Assembly: GCA_041565075.1 (NCBI GenBank)
Contig: JBFGOQ010000005.1
Coordinates: 3,135-67,134, forward strand
Direction: 5' to 3'
DNA from: Gammaproteobacteria bacterium
GTDB taxonomy: Bacteria; Pseudomonadota; Gammaproteobacteria; Steroidobacterales; JABDLF01
DNA length: 64,000 bases
The position numbers and the translations under genes are program-made. Numbering within the stretch: the first letter of the stretch is position 1; each line of letters begins with the position of its first letter. This document shows positions 35,727 to 45,963 of the stretch, one piece after another. The notes beneath the pieces were generated by a model that was not told the origin of the DNA, did not search any database, and was given only the letters and a program-made list of their open reading frames with translations.

Positions 35727-37559
35727 GTGACAACCACCACAAATACCAAAATTGACCAGACCAAATCGCAGCTGCAGCTGTTGATTGCCCGCGGTAAAGA
35801 GCAGGGATATCTGACCTATTCGGAGGTCAACGATCATTTGCCGAACGATATCGTCGATCCGGAGCAAATCGAAGACATCGTAAACATGATCAACGACATG
35901 GGCATTACGGTTTACGAAAAAGCCCCTGACTCGGAAGAGCTGATCCTGTCGGACAACGCTGTATCGAATGACGATGACGCCGCCGACGAAGCGGCGGCCG
36001 CGCTGGCATCTGTCGATAGCGAATTCGGCCGCACCACTGACCCGGTGCGCATGTACATGCGTGAAATGGGCATCGTTGAGCTGCTGACGCGCGAGGGAGA
36101 AATCCGCATCGCCAAGCGCATAGAAAAGGGCTTGAACCAGGTGCGTGGCGCGCTGGTCATGTTTCCGCCGACAAGCGACCTGCTGCTGGATCTTTACGAG
36201 CCCGTCGCCGCCGGAGAATCGCGCCTGGTGGATGTCATTGCGGGCTTCATTGACCCGAATCAGACTGATGAAGTGCAGAAGCCAAAGACCAAAAATGGCA
36301 CATCGGATGACGATGACGACGATGACGAGAAAGAAGTCGACACGGGGCCCGATCCGGAAGAAGCCAAGAAGCGCTTCGCCAAGATCAAGCGACTGCGCAA
36401 CCGGGTTATCAAGCTGATCGAAGATCATGGCACGGGCGATGCCAAGACGCTGAAAGCACGCAAGTCTCTGGCCGGCGAAATACTGGAACTCAAGCTCACG
36501 CCCAAGGTTTTCGATCGGCTCATTGGACAGCTCAGAGCGACAGTATCGGAAATCCGGCGCCAGGAACGTCAGATCATGATCTATTGCGTACGCGATGCCA
36601 AAATGCCGCGCAAGGATTTCCTGGCCAGCTTCCCGGCCAATGAAACTAACGTCCAATGGATTGACAAGCATATCCGCGCCAAGCGCAAGCATTCGTCAGT
36701 GCTGGCCAAGCTCAAGGAAGATATCCTGCGATGCCAGCGCAAGCTCATCGGCATTGAAAGACTTTGCTACCTGTCCATCGCCGAGATCAAGGAGATCAAC
36801 CGGCAGATGTCGATAGGCGAGGCCAAGGCGCGGCGCGCCAAGAAGGAAATGGTCGAGGCCAATCTGCGCCTGGTAATTTCCATTGCCAAGAAGTACACCA
36901 ATCGCGGCTTGCAGTTCCTGGACCTCATCCAGGAGGGCAATATCGGCCTGATGAAGGCCGTGGACAAATTTGAATACCGGCGCGGCTACAAGTTTTCGAC
37001 CTACGCGACATGGTGGATTCGCCAGGCAATTACGCGCTCCATTGCCGATCAGGCCCGCACAATTCGCATTCCGGTGCACATGATCGAGACCATCAACAAG
37101 CTGAACCGTATTTCCCGGCAGATGTTGCAGGAAATGGGCCGCGAACCTACACCTGAGGAGCTGTCGATCCGTATGGAAATGCCGGAAGACAAGGTGCGCA
37201 AGGTATTGAAAATCGCCAAGGAACCCATTTCCATGGAGACGCCCATTGGCGACGACGAAGATTCGCATCTTGGCGATTTCATTGAAGATACTTCAGTGGA
37301 TTCGCCCATCGACTCCGCAACCGGAGAGGGCCTGCGAGAGGCGACCCACAGCGTGCTGGCCGGCCTGACACCACGCGAAGCCAAGGTGCTGCGTATGCGC
37401 TTCGGCATTGACATGAACACCGACCACACGCTGGAAGAAGTCGGCAAGCAGTTCGATGTGACCCGCGAGCGCATTCGTCAGATCGAGGCGAAAGCCCTGC
37501 GTAAGCTGCGCCACCCCAGTCGCTCCGAGCAGCTCAGAAGTTTCCTGCTCGAAGACTGA
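35727..37559 (+). CDS. rpoD: RNA polymerase sigma factor RpoD (sigma70)
   Basis: ORF 35694..37559 starts at TTG. GTG at 35727 has a better RBS. Acidic insert DDDDDDDE, region 2 [50 protein letters not shown] and region 4 [20 protein letters not shown]. Confidence 0.95.
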   Translation: MTTTTNTKIDQTKSQLQLLIARGKEQGYLTYSEVNDHLPNDIVDPEQIEDIVNMINDMGITVYEKAPDSEELILSDNAVSNDDDAADEAAAALASVDSEFGRTTDPVRMYMREMGIVELLTREGEIRIAKRIEKGLNQVRGALVMFPPTSDLLLDLYEPVAAGESRLVDVIAGFIDPNQTDEVQKPKTKNGTSDDDDDDDEKEVDTGPDPEEAKKRFAKIKRLRNRVIKLIEDHGTGDAKTLKARKSLAGEILELKLTPKVFDRLIGQLRATVSEIRRQERQIMIYCVRDAKMPRKDFLASFPANETNVQWIDKHIRAKRKHSSVLAKLKEDILRCQRKLIGIERLCYLSIAEIKEINRQMSIGEAKARRAKKEMVEANLRLVISIAKKYTNRGLQFLDLIQEGNIGLMKAVDKFEYRRGYKFSTYATWWIRQAITRSIADQARTIRIPVHMIETINKLNRISRQMLQEMGREPTPEELSIRMEMPEDKVRKVLKIAKEPISMETPIGDDEDSHLGDFIEDTSVDSPIDSATGEGLREATHSVLAGLTPREAKVLRMRFGIDMNTDHTLEEVGKQFDVTRERIRQIEAKALRKLRHPSRSEQLRSFLLED

Positions 37560-37561
37560 TT

Positions 37562-37587
37562 ATCAGCGGGGGGCATCGGCCGCTGAT
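37562..37587 (+). terminator. hairpin just after the rpoD stop (weak terminator candidate)
   Basis: ATCAGCGG-10 nt-CCGCTGAT forms an 8-bp stem. No T tract follows. Confidence 0.3.
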
Positions 37588-37655
37588 ATGCCTATGGATT
37601 TCAGAAACCAGTAGTATAATTTTGAGTGTCGCTTCCTCGAAAGCGAATATCCAGT

Positions 37656-37678
37656 GGGCCTGTAGCTCAGTTGGTTAG
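37656..37678 (+). repeat. exact 23-nt copy of the 5' end of the downstream tRNA (acceptor 5' strand plus D-arm)
   Basis: GGGCCTGTAGCTCAGTTGGTTAG is identical to 37784..37806. Similarity stops there, and an unrelated 48-nt hairpin (37679..37726) follows. Confidence 0.85.
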
Positions 37679-37783
37679 CAGTCCGCCGATGGCAGCAAAC
37701 ACAGCGCCGTTGGCGAATGCGGACTGACTCGGAGTGACGACCCGCAACAATGCGAGAGTACGGTTAGCAGAGAGATAGTGTTT

Positions 37784-37860
<77 letters not shown>

Positions 37861-37967
37861 TACCTTTTCGCGTCCGTTTATCGTCTCTAGCTCTGCATTT
37901 GATTCCGCGATACCTTTGTTCCGCGCTTGTTGAAGTCAGCGCTTGATTGTTGTTTGCGCAGGCGCGG

Positions 37968-37992
37968 GGTTCGAGTCCTGCCGGGCCCACCA
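37968..37992 (+). repeat. exact 25-nt copy of the 3' end of the tRNA (T-loop to CCA), att-site-like
   Basis: GGTTCGAGTCCTGCCGGGCCCACCA is identical to 37836..37860 and lies 107 bp downstream of the tRNA. Confidence 0.85.
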
Positions 37993-38155
37993 CCTCTCTT
38001 GTCTCAGTGTTGCATATTCAGGTACTTGCACCTGCGGCCTTTTGCCTGGCCATTGATTCCTTTATCCTGTCGGCCCCGGGCGGCGCACCCCATGTCGCGC
38101 TTTCGACAACGGATGCTGAATACCGGGCCCACAGTTTCATTAACAAATTAAGGTC

Positions 38156-40093
38156 GTGACTATGCGTTTGGTGTTTCTCGTGTTGCTAGGCCTGCTATCG
38201 GCGGCCTCTGCCCAAGGCGCTCCCGAAAAGCTGCCGCTGGAGCATTTTGTCAAGAATGCTGATTTTGAAGACATAAAAATATCGCCAGACGGCAAACGAT
38301 TTGCCGCAACTTACCGCGATGACGGGCAGGTGAAACTTCGCGTCGTAAATCGGGAAAAAATGGTCGCCGAGTCAAATTTTGAATTTGGCGAATACCACAG
38401 GGTGACCAGTTTCGACTGGGCAAACGACCATCGCCTGATCATGAGCGAGCAGAAATTCGTCGGATTTCTCGACACCAAGGGGGGCATTACCCAGTTGTAT
38501 GCCAGCGATTACAACGGGAATAATCGCATGTATCTCGGTGCCGGGAGAATGGCCAGTGCAGGTAGCGGTGGAACCTCGTTTATTGTCCTCGATCTTCTCG
38601 AAAATGAGCCCGACTACATCATAGTTGGCCAGTTCAACGCCGCCGGTGTTCGCCCATTCCGACTGAATATCAAGAATGGCAAAAAACACTTCATGGGATC
38701 TCCTCGCATGTCCAGCCCCAAGTCGTTCAGCGCGGGGATGGAAGTTGACCATGACGGCGACCTCAGGTTTGTAATCGAGGGTAACCGCGAAGATTCCGAG
38801 ACGCTTGTCACGCATTTTCGCGCCAAGGACAGCGACGATTGGAAAATCCTGGATCTGGGCAGCAAGGCAAAGACGTCCTGGACGCTGCCGCTGGGATTCT
38901 CGAAGGACAACAGCAAGGTCATGCTGGCCAGCAATCATGATGCGCCCACATATGGTGTCTTCGAATATGACCTGGAGCGGGGCTCCCTGGAACTGCTTTT
39001 CAGGGACCCTTATGTCGATGCTTCCGACATTTTTTCTGCCACCGACGATACGATTCTCGGGCTGCGCTATATGCCGGACAAGCCGGAAACGCTGTGGCTG
39101 AATACCAGCCACCCGGATGCGCAGACCCTGATCGGACTGCAGAAAGCGTTTCCTGGCCAGGATGTGCGGATCACCTCACATACACGGGACGGCTCGGAAG
39201 CGGTAGTCCTCGTCTCCAGTGATTCCAACCCCGGCGATTTTTATATTTTCAATCGCCAGACCAACAAGCTGAAATATCTGCTCTCGCGCCGGCCGTGGAT
39301 AAAACCGGAGCAAATGGCTAACCAAACGCCCATCAAACTGACTGCGCGAGATGGCTTGGAGTTGCGTGGCTACCTGACGTTGCCTCCGGGTTCGGAGGGT
39401 AAGAACCTGCCCATGGTGGTGAACGTACACGGTGGCCCGCATGGCCCCCGTGATACCTGGGGGTACAACTGGGAGAACCAGTTCCTGGCCAACCGCGGCT
39501 ACGCGGTGCTGCAGATAAATTTCCGGGGGTCGGGAGGATACGGCAGAGAATTTGAAGAGGCCGGATACATGAACTGGGGAACCGCAATGCAGGATGACGT
39601 CACCGACGCAACCCTGTGGGCAGTAGACCAGGGCATCGCTGACAGGGACCGTCTGTGCATCTACGGTGGTTCCTATGGTGGTTACGCGGCCCTGCAGGGC
39701 GTGGTTCGCGAACCTGATCTGTACAAGTGTGCCATCGGCTACGTTGGCGTTTACGATCTTGAGATCATGAACAAGTGCGGCGACATACCCAAGAGGAAGA
39801 CCGGACAGGCTTTCCTCGAGAAAGTCATGGGTCGCGATGTCGAGGAATGGCGCAAGAGATCACCGGCACATAACGCTGACAAGATCAAAGCCGCAGTCTT
39901 TCTCGCACATGGTGAAGATGACGTTCGCGTGCCGATGTGTCAGGGCATTGCCATGAAGGAAGCGCTGGAGAAGGCCGGCAAAGACTTCTTATGGATGTCG
40001 CGCGATGAAGGGCACGGTTACCACAAACTGGAAAATCGGCTGGACTTTTACGGCCAGATGGAAGAATTCCTCGCCGCACATATCGGCACCTGA
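38156..40093 (+). CDS. S9-family serine peptidase (prolyl oligopeptidase / dipeptidyl aminopeptidase type), secreted
   Basis: Signal peptide MRLVFLVLLGLLSAASAQG, N-terminal propeller-like region and a C-terminal alpha/beta hydrolase domain with the nucleophile elbow GGSYGGYA. Confidence 0.85.
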   Translation: MTMRLVFLVLLGLLSAASAQGAPEKLPLEHFVKNADFEDIKISPDGKRFAATYRDDGQVKLRVVNREKMVAESNFEFGEYHRVTSFDWANDHRLIMSEQKFVGFLDTKGGITQLYASDYNGNNRMYLGAGRMASAGSGGTSFIVLDLLENEPDYIIVGQFNAAGVRPFRLNIKNGKKHFMGSPRMSSPKSFSAGMEVDHDGDLRFVIEGNREDSETLVTHFRAKDSDDWKILDLGSKAKTSWTLPLGFSKDNSKVMLASNHDAPTYGVFEYDLERGSLELLFRDPYVDASDIFSATDDTILGLRYMPDKPETLWLNTSHPDAQTLIGLQKAFPGQDVRITSHTRDGSEAVVLVSSDSNPGDFYIFNRQTNKLKYLLSRRPWIKPEQMANQTPIKLTARDGLELRGYLTLPPGSEGKNLPMVVNVHGGPHGPRDTWGYNWENQFLANRGYAVLQINFRGSGGYGREFEEAGYMNWGTAMQDDVTDATLWAVDQGIADRDRLCIYGGSYGGYAALQGVVREPDLYKCAIGYVGVYDLEIMNKCGDIPKRKTGQAFLEKVMGRDVEEWRKRSPAHNADKIKAAVFLAHGEDDVRVPMCQGIAMKEALEKAGKDFLWMSRDEGHGYHKLENRLDFYGQMEEFLAAHIGT

Positions 40094-40145
40094 TCGCCCC
40101 CCCTCACACCACGGCCGGTATTTCGCTCCGGCACCTGGCATCAAG

Positions 40146-40171
40146 AAAGGCCGTCTCAGGACGGCCTTTTT
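40146..40171 (+). terminator. intrinsic terminator after the S9 peptidase gene
   Basis: AAA-GGCCGTC-TCAG-GACGGCC-TTTTT: 7-bp stem, tetraloop, T5 tract. Confidence 0.8.
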
Positions 40172-40227
40172 CATGATTTATTCCTGGCATCGTGCCAGCT
40201 GCAACTGCCCGAAAAAATGGAAGTTAA

Positions 40228-40857
40228 CTAGTATTTGCCGCTTTTTTCTGCGTACTTCTTCAGCTTGTCACGGATTCCATCAATGCTCTGCTTGCTGAGA
40301 ATCTCGTCAAGTGACAGCCCTTGCAATTCGTGCGGAAAAACCAGCCACTGATCCGTCTCGTGAACAAAGTAATCGGGACGGCCATCGACCTTATTCATAT
40401 CAGGTTTGAAATATACCGTAGCCACGCGGATATCAGCCGGTGCGTTTCGGCGCGCCTTGAATCGCAGCTTCTCTATGACGGCCCTGATGCTGCGCCCGGA
40501 GTCCCAGACGTCGTCAACGATCAGCAGGCCGTCGTCGTGGCCGATGTTATCGAGCACATAGCCCAGACCATGTACCCGCACGCGCTTGCGCCGCTCATCA
40601 ATGCCGGAATACAAAGACGTCCGGATGGCAATGTGATCTGTTTCCACGCCAAAATAATCGAGCAATTCCTGTACCGCGATTCCAACAGGTGAACCTCCGC
40701 GCCAGATACCCACAATGAAGCTGGGGCGGAAGCCGCTTTCATAGACCTGCATGCCCAGACGAAACGAATCGGCCAGCAACTCGCGGGCACCGATGAAATA
40801 TTTTTCCACGGTGCGTGGGCGCTCCGCTCCGATCGAATCGCTTTCAATTGCGGACAT
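40228..40857 (-). CDS. phosphoribosyltransferase (purine PRTase-like)
   Basis: ORF 40228..40956. ATG at 40857 (MSAIESD) overlaps the guaD stop by 14 nt. PRPP-binding motif LLIVDDVWDSGRS. Confidence 0.7.
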   Translation of the reverse strand: MSAIESDSIGAERPRTVEKYFIGARELLADSFRLGMQVYESGFRPSFIVGIWRGGSPVGIAVQELLDYFGVETDHIAIRTSLYSGIDERRKRVRVHGLGYVLDNIGHDDGLLIVDDVWDSGRSIRAVIEKLRFKARRNAPADIRVATVYFKPDMNKVDGRPDYFVHETDQWLVFPHELQGLSLDEILSKQSIDGIRDKLKKYAEKSGKY

Positions 40858-42172
40858 GAACCTGCTCCCCCAGAATGTATGTAGCAGCGACCAGGCGATC
40901 ATCGCCCAGCAGCAACATCGCAAAAAGCTTTTCTGCCAGGTTTTTGGCTTCGCCAATCCTTCGGGCTATCAGTGGTGTAGCATTGTAATCAAGCAGGACG
41001 CAGTCCGCCTCCTTTCCCACCGCGAAGTTGCCGATTTTATCTTCAAGGTGCAACGCGCGTGCCCCACCCAGCGTTGCCAGGTAAAAAGCCTCGAAAGGGT
41101 CCAGCGGTTTGCCTGCCAGCTTGCAGACCTTGTAAGCTTCACCCGCATTTTCAGGCATACCGAATCGGGTTCCTGCGCCTATGTCACTACCCAGCCCAAC
41201 CCGGATTCCAGCGTTTCTCGCAGCGTGATAATCAAACAAACCGCTACCCAGAAACAGGTTCGAGCCCGGACAAAATGCGATTGACGAATCAGCGGCCGCC
41301 AGCTGCATGCGATCATTGTCGTCGATCTGAATGCAATGCGCGAAAATACTGCGCTTGCCGACCAGGCCGGCTTGTTGGTAAACGCCCAGGTAACTGGGCG
41401 CCTGCGGAAATAACTCGCGGGCCCATTGCGTTTCTCTGGCGGTCTCCGCCAGGTGCGTCTGCAGGTATAGCCCGGGCCGCGAGTCCAGTAATTGGCCGGT
41501 GGCAGCAAGCTGCTCAGGTGTAGAGGTCGGCGCAAATCGCGGGGTCAGCGCATAAGCAAGCCGGCCCCTGCCGTGCCAGCGTGCAATGAGTTCCGCGCTG
41601 TTTTCGATACCAGCCTCGCAGGACTCGAGAAGAGCCGCAGGACAATTACGATCCATAAGCACTTTGCCCGCGATCATACGCATGTCGCGCGCGGCGGCTG
41701 CCTGCAGCAAAGCATCCACAGAGCCCTTGTGAACGCTGCCAAAAACGCATGCCGTTGTGGTGCCGTTTCGCAACAACTCAGCGAGAAAAAATTCGGCAAC
41801 CTCGGCACACACCGCCGGATCCTCGAAACGCATTTCGCCCGGCCAGGCATAGATTTCCAGCCAATCGAGGAGCTGGCGGCCATGCGCAGCAACGATGTCG
41901 GTTTGTGAATAATGAATGTGGGTATCGATAAAGCCGGGTACCAGAAGGCAGCCCCGCTGATCATCAATGGCAACTGTATCGGGCAGCGATTCGAGCATGT
42001 CGTCGGCGGCACCCAGACCGGCCACGAGACCATCACGCACCAGTAACAGGCCATCTTCGATAAATTCCACCGCAGTTTGTCCGTCCGCGGGGTCGGGTGA
42101 ACCAAGGCAATGCAACAACGATGCCCTGATCGCCTTGGCGGGTTTGTTACCGCTGGTATTTTCTTCGCTCAT
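40844..42172 (-). CDS. guaD: guanine deaminase
   Basis: Amidohydrolase motifs GFIDTHIHYSQ, HLAETARE and GSDIGAG, typical of guanine deaminases. Confidence 0.85.
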   Translation of the reverse strand: MSEENTSGNKPAKAIRASLLHCLGSPDPADGQTAVEFIEDGLLLVRDGLVAGLGAADDMLESLPDTVAIDDQRGCLLVPGFIDTHIHYSQTDIVAAHGRQLLDWLEIYAWPGEMRFEDPAVCAEVAEFFLAELLRNGTTTACVFGSVHKGSVDALLQAAAARDMRMIAGKVLMDRNCPAALLESCEAGIENSAELIARWHGRGRLAYALTPRFAPTSTPEQLAATGQLLDSRPGLYLQTHLAETARETQWARELFPQAPSYLGVYQQAGLVGKRSIFAHCIQIDDNDRMQLAAADSSIAFCPGSNLFLGSGLFDYHAARNAGIRVGLGSDIGAGTRFGMPENAGEAYKVCKLAGKPLDPFEAFYLATLGGARALHLEDKIGNFAVGKEADCVLLDYNATPLIARRIGEAKNLAEKLFAMLLLGDDRLVAATYILGEQVHVRN

Positions 42173-42198
42173 GGCGCTATTTTACAGGTGCAATGGCT

Positions 42199-43479
42199 TC
42201 AGGCATGCCAGGCCTCGGGCATCAGGAGAATGGCGCGGAAATCGTTGACATTGGTCAAGGTCGGCCCGGTATTCAAAAGTCCGTCCATGGCCGTGAAAAA
42301 CCCCGCCGAATCGTTATTCTGCAAGTAGCTTGTCGGATCCATTTGTAAAGCCAGCCATCGGCTGGCCATATCCTGTGTATAGATTGCCCCCGCTGTCGTC
42401 ACATTACCGTCTAGGCCATCGGTATCACAGGCCAGCGCATGAACGCCGCGCTGACCAGCGAGACATGTTGCCAGCCCCAGCAGATATTCCGTATTGCGCC
42501 CTCCTGCGCCACCACCGGTGACACGAACAGTCGTTTCGCCACCGGACAACAGCACCAGGGGCCGGTCGGGACGGCCATGCTCGCGCAGTAACTGCTGAAC
42601 CTGCCGGCAGTGCTCCCGACCAAGCTGACTTGCGTCGCCTTGCAGATCGCTGCCCAATATCTCGCATGCAAGCCCCGCGTCGCTCACAGCATCAGCAGCT
42701 GCATGCAGCGCGTCACTGGCCCGGGCGATAATCCGGAACTCGCAATGCGCAAGCCGGCTATCACCAGGTTTGATCGTTTCACAACGCGAATCATTGAGCC
42801 ACACAAGCGCCTCGCGATGGTGCTCGAGACCGTATTTGCGGATCAGCTGAATCGCATCGGCCGCAGTTGAGGAATCTGCTACCGTCGGCCCGGAAGCAAT
42901 CGCGGCCGGCTCGTCACCGGGCACATCGGAAATTGCCAGGGTCAGGCAACGAGCCGGCGCGCAAAAAGCGCCAAGGCGCCCTCCTTTAATCCCGGACAGG
43001 TGCCTGCGAACGCAATTAATTTCCGAAATGTCGGCGCCACTGGCCAGCAGCTCATGGCTCAGTGCACGTTTTTGCTCCAGCGAAACGCCCTCTCCCGGCA
43101 AGCAAAGTAGCGATGAACCGCCGCCTGACAACAGGCAAATGACCTGATCATCGTCTCCTGCCGCCCCCACGATTTCCAATATTCGATTACTCGCCGCTAC
43201 GCAGCGTTCATCAGGCACGGGGTGCGAACCCACCAGAACATCGATGGCGCTGGTCTTGCATCCATGGCCATCGGGAACCACCACGGCCCCGCTGACTGCA
43301 CCGGTAAATGTTTCCTCAAATACGCGGGCCATTGCCGCTGCCGCTTTGCCGGCACCGACGATGACCGTCCGGCCCTTGCAGGGGGCGGGTACGTGTTCGG
43401 GCACGCAACGGGCCGCACCGACCGCGCTAAGTGCCACATCGAACAGCGAACGCAAAAAACGACCTGGTGATTCTCGCAT
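42199..43479 (-). CDS. glycerate 2-kinase / hydroxypyruvate reductase-like, MOFRL family
   Basis: ORF 42199..43581. ATG at 43479 (MRESPGRF) is preceded by AAGG. It has the DUF4147-like N-terminal region (GKAAAAMA) and the C-terminal MOFRL-like LLSGGETTVRVTGGGAGGRN. Confidence 0.75.
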   Translation of the reverse strand: MRESPGRFLRSLFDVALSAVGAARCVPEHVPAPCKGRTVIVGAGKAAAAMARVFEETFTGAVSGAVVVPDGHGCKTSAIDVLVGSHPVPDERCVAASNRILEIVGAAGDDDQVICLLSGGGSSLLCLPGEGVSLEQKRALSHELLASGADISEINCVRRHLSGIKGGRLGAFCAPARCLTLAISDVPGDEPAAIASGPTVADSSTAADAIQLIRKYGLEHHREALVWLNDSRCETIKPGDSRLAHCEFRIIARASDALHAAADAVSDAGLACEILGSDLQGDASQLGREHCRQVQQLLREHGRPDRPLVLLSGGETTVRVTGGGAGGRNTEYLLGLATCLAGQRGVHALACDTDGLDGNVTTAGAIYTQDMASRWLALQMDPTSYLQNNDSAGFFTAMDGLLNTGPTLTNVNDFRAILLMPEAWHA

Positions 43480-43710
43480 GCCTTGGATCGCAAAGAACAA
43501 AGGAGAGCTCCAGGCAGACCCGCGCGCGTGAACGGGAGCCGGGCTGCCGTGCCCGCCCAATAAATCATTTCCGGGACACAAACGCCAGCCATGTTGCGGG
43601 CTGTTGCCCGTGCTTGCAGACTATTGGCGTTGCGGGCAGGCCTGTGATTACTGCCGATAGCACAGATATGGGTTAGGCTGAGGTAGCTGGCGAATCCGAA
43701 CAGACATGGT

Positions 43711-44406
43711 GTGCTGATGAGCAGCAAAACGGCATCTTTCCTGATGGGACCCGAGCGCTTCGCCATGCTCGCGTTGTTAACCGCCTGGCTCCCGATCGTT
43801 GCGATCAACGCTGCTTACCTCCTGGCCATCACCTTCGACGCGGTGCCGCGCTGCCTGCCGTACCTGGACGGCTGTACATCCATAAGCAGCACCGGGCGCA
43901 CCCATCCATCGCAATGGGTCTTCAAGCCTTTGATGCTGGTAAGCGCCTTCGTCATGGCGTGGTTTTTCATTGCCAGCGCGCAGCGCACCAGAACTGCGGC
44001 GCCCAAGGTCGACGCGGTAGCCGTGTGCGGCAGCATTGGCGCCCTCGCGCTGGTGATGTACGTGGTGTTCCTTGGTACGGAAGGGGCGGTCTACCGGCTG
44101 TTGCGCCGCTATGGTGTCAGCCTGTATTTCGGCTTCGTGTTCCTGGGCCAGTTGCTGCTCGCCCGACGCCTGCTTGGCAGTTCAGAAAGTGCCGCAGCCA
44201 GCGCTCGTCGCATGCTGGCACTGTGCGCACTGCTGCTGGTAATTGGTATCGGCAGCATTCCCATCACAAATTTTGTCGCCGAAAAAGACCAGCTCGAGAA
44301 CATTATCGAATGGAATTTTGCCCTGCTGATGCAGTTCAACTTTCTGCTGGCAAGACAGGCTATTCTCGCCCTGCCGCCCGCTGTTAGCCGGCTTTCAGAC
44401 GAATAG
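43711..44406 (+). CDS. integral membrane protein, unknown function
   Basis: 231-aa ORF with about 6 hydrophobic helices and the loop CLPYLDGCTSISSTG after TM1. Family not recognised with confidence. Confidence 0.5.
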   Translation: MLMSSKTASFLMGPERFAMLALLTAWLPIVAINAAYLLAITFDAVPRCLPYLDGCTSISSTGRTHPSQWVFKPLMLVSAFVMAWFFIASAQRTRTAAPKVDAVAVCGSIGALALVMYVVFLGTEGAVYRLLRRYGVSLYFGFVFLGQLLLARRLLGSSESAAASARRMLALCALLLVIGIGSIPITNFVAEKDQLENIIEWNFALLMQFNFLLARQAILALPPAVSRLSDE

Positions 44407-44582
44407 CTGCCCACAGGCGACCGGCGGTGGAATTCCTCCCCTGGCCAGGGCCCCATAGGTGTTTCCACCTATTGATTATGGTGGCCGCGGCCCTATATTT
44501 GTCGCCGCGGTAGAAACGCATTTGGCGGTATTCGCCGTGACAGTTTGGAAATGATCCGTAATTTACGGAAAGGCTAATTTAC

Positions 44583-45176
44583 ATGGATACTCTTTTTACT
44601 CGTATGATGGCTCTGGCCACTGTATTTATTTTTGGCTCGCTGGCCCCCGCGGTCGCTACCGCTGACAGCCCGAGCTACGATTTCGTAGAGGTCGCCTACG
44701 TAAAGGGCGACATCGACAATCCCGACGTAGACGGTGACGGTTTCGGGCTGGGCGGCTCTGTCAGCATTCATGAAAACTGGTTCATGTTTGCCGATTATGC
44801 GTCCCTGGACTTCGATTTCGGCGTTGACCTTAGCATCCTTGAAGTAGGCTTCGGTTACCGCTTCCCAATGTCGGATACCACCGATATTGCGCTCAGAGGT
44901 GCATACGTCAGGGCTGATGCCGATTCCGGTTTCGGCAGCGTAGATGATGACGGTTATGGCATCAGTGCGCTGATCCGGGGCATGGTCAGTGACCAGTTCG
45001 AGCTGAACGGCGGGATCAACTATGTCGACCTCGGTGGCACTGACGGCGATGACACGAGCTTCACGCTCGGTGGTGTGTACAGTTTTACTGACAACTTCGC
45101 CTTTGATGCCAGCATCGACATCGGTGATGACGCCAATATCTACCTGGCTGGGTTCCGTTTTTACTTCAACAAGTAA
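44583..45176 (+). CDS. small outer-membrane beta-barrel protein
   Basis: Signal peptide ending ATADSP, Gly/Asp/aromatic-rich alternating strands and a C-terminal GFRFYFNK. Followed by a strong terminator. Confidence 0.55.
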   Translation: MDTLFTRMMALATVFIFGSLAPAVATADSPSYDFVEVAYVKGDIDNPDVDGDGFGLGGSVSIHENWFMFADYASLDFDFGVDLSILEVGFGYRFPMSDTTDIALRGAYVRADADSGFGSVDDDGYGISALIRGMVSDQFELNGGINYVDLGGTDGDDTSFTLGGVYSFTDNFAFDASIDIGDDANIYLAGFRFYFNK

Positions 45177-45212
45177 GCGGAAGTCGGCGCAAGCCGATCC
45201 ATCACAACAACG

Positions 45213-45242
45213 GAAGCCCCTCTTCGGAGGGGCTTCTTTTTT
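45213..45242 (+). terminator. intrinsic terminator (10-bp stem, TTCG loop, T6)
   Basis: GAAGCCCCTC-TTCG-GAGGGGCTTC-TTTTTT, between the convergent OMP and SH3-protein genes. Confidence 0.85.
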
Positions 45243-45251
45243 GTCGACTTG

Positions 45252-45869
45252 TCAATAAACGCGGATGCCGCCGTGACGCTTGCGACTCTGGCGGTCCACC
45301 CAGATGAGCCCCAGTACAAAGCCTGCCAGCAGAGCGAATAAGGCACCCCCCAGAGTCCAGGTCAGCGGCACGCTGGGTGTATCAAATCGCTTGCGGTAAG
45401 CCTGGTTCTCTTCGTCGAGCCGGCGCTTCTCTGCCTCCGACGCCTGCAGTGCACTTCTGGTCGCCGCAACATCTGACTCTAAACCGGCAATCTGCTGCGC
45501 CGTTGCCTCGCGCTCCTCGGCTATCCTGGTCAATTCCTCATCCAGCCCCGCCTGCTTGGCCTCTGCTTCGGCGACCCTCAGCACCGCAGGTTTGTCGTTC
45601 ATCAGGAATCCGGCCTTGACCCAACCCTCCGTGCCATCGGCCGCCCTGACCCGCGCGTAAAACCGGTTACGTTCGAGAACTTCCACCTGTTCGCCACTCA
45701 ACAGCATCCTGAAGGGTCGGTCGCTGGTATCCGGCGCCCGGTGAAATCCCAGGCGCAGCTGATCAGTCACGTACGCCGATTCGGCGAAAGCAGAACAAGA
45801 CAGGAATATCGTCATCCACACAATGGGCAGGTGACACTTTCGAAGCAAGCACAAAGAATTCATCAACAC
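45252..45869 (-). CDS. SH3-domain membrane protein (YgiM-like)
   Basis: Signal peptide, SH3-like region (LLSGEQVEVLERNRFYARVRAADGTEGWV), coiled coil and a C-terminal TM helix (LGGALFALLAGFVLGLIWV). Confidence 0.7.
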   Translation of the reverse strand: MLMNSLCLLRKCHLPIVWMTIFLSCSAFAESAYVTDQLRLGFHRAPDTSDRPFRMLLSGEQVEVLERNRFYARVRAADGTEGWVKAGFLMNDKPAVLRVAEAEAKQAGLDEELTRIAEEREATAQQIAGLESDVAATRSALQASEAEKRRLDEENQAYRKRFDTPSVPLTWTLGGALFALLAGFVLGLIWVDRQSRKRHGGIRVY

Positions 45870-45963
45870 TCACCGGTCTGGGCAGGGTAAGGCGCCAATT
45901 CTACCGCCTTTTCCTGCAGCGGTTAAAAGACCTGGATGGCTGATGGTCGTGCAGGCCGAAAAA

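Noticed and set aside
37861-37967. Genomic island between the tRNA and its 3' repeat, or the downstream S9 peptidase as island cargo.
   Set aside because: Only 107 bp separate the repeats, there is no integrase or mobility gene nearby, and I saw no third copy of the 25-mer after the S9 peptidase gene (40094..40227).
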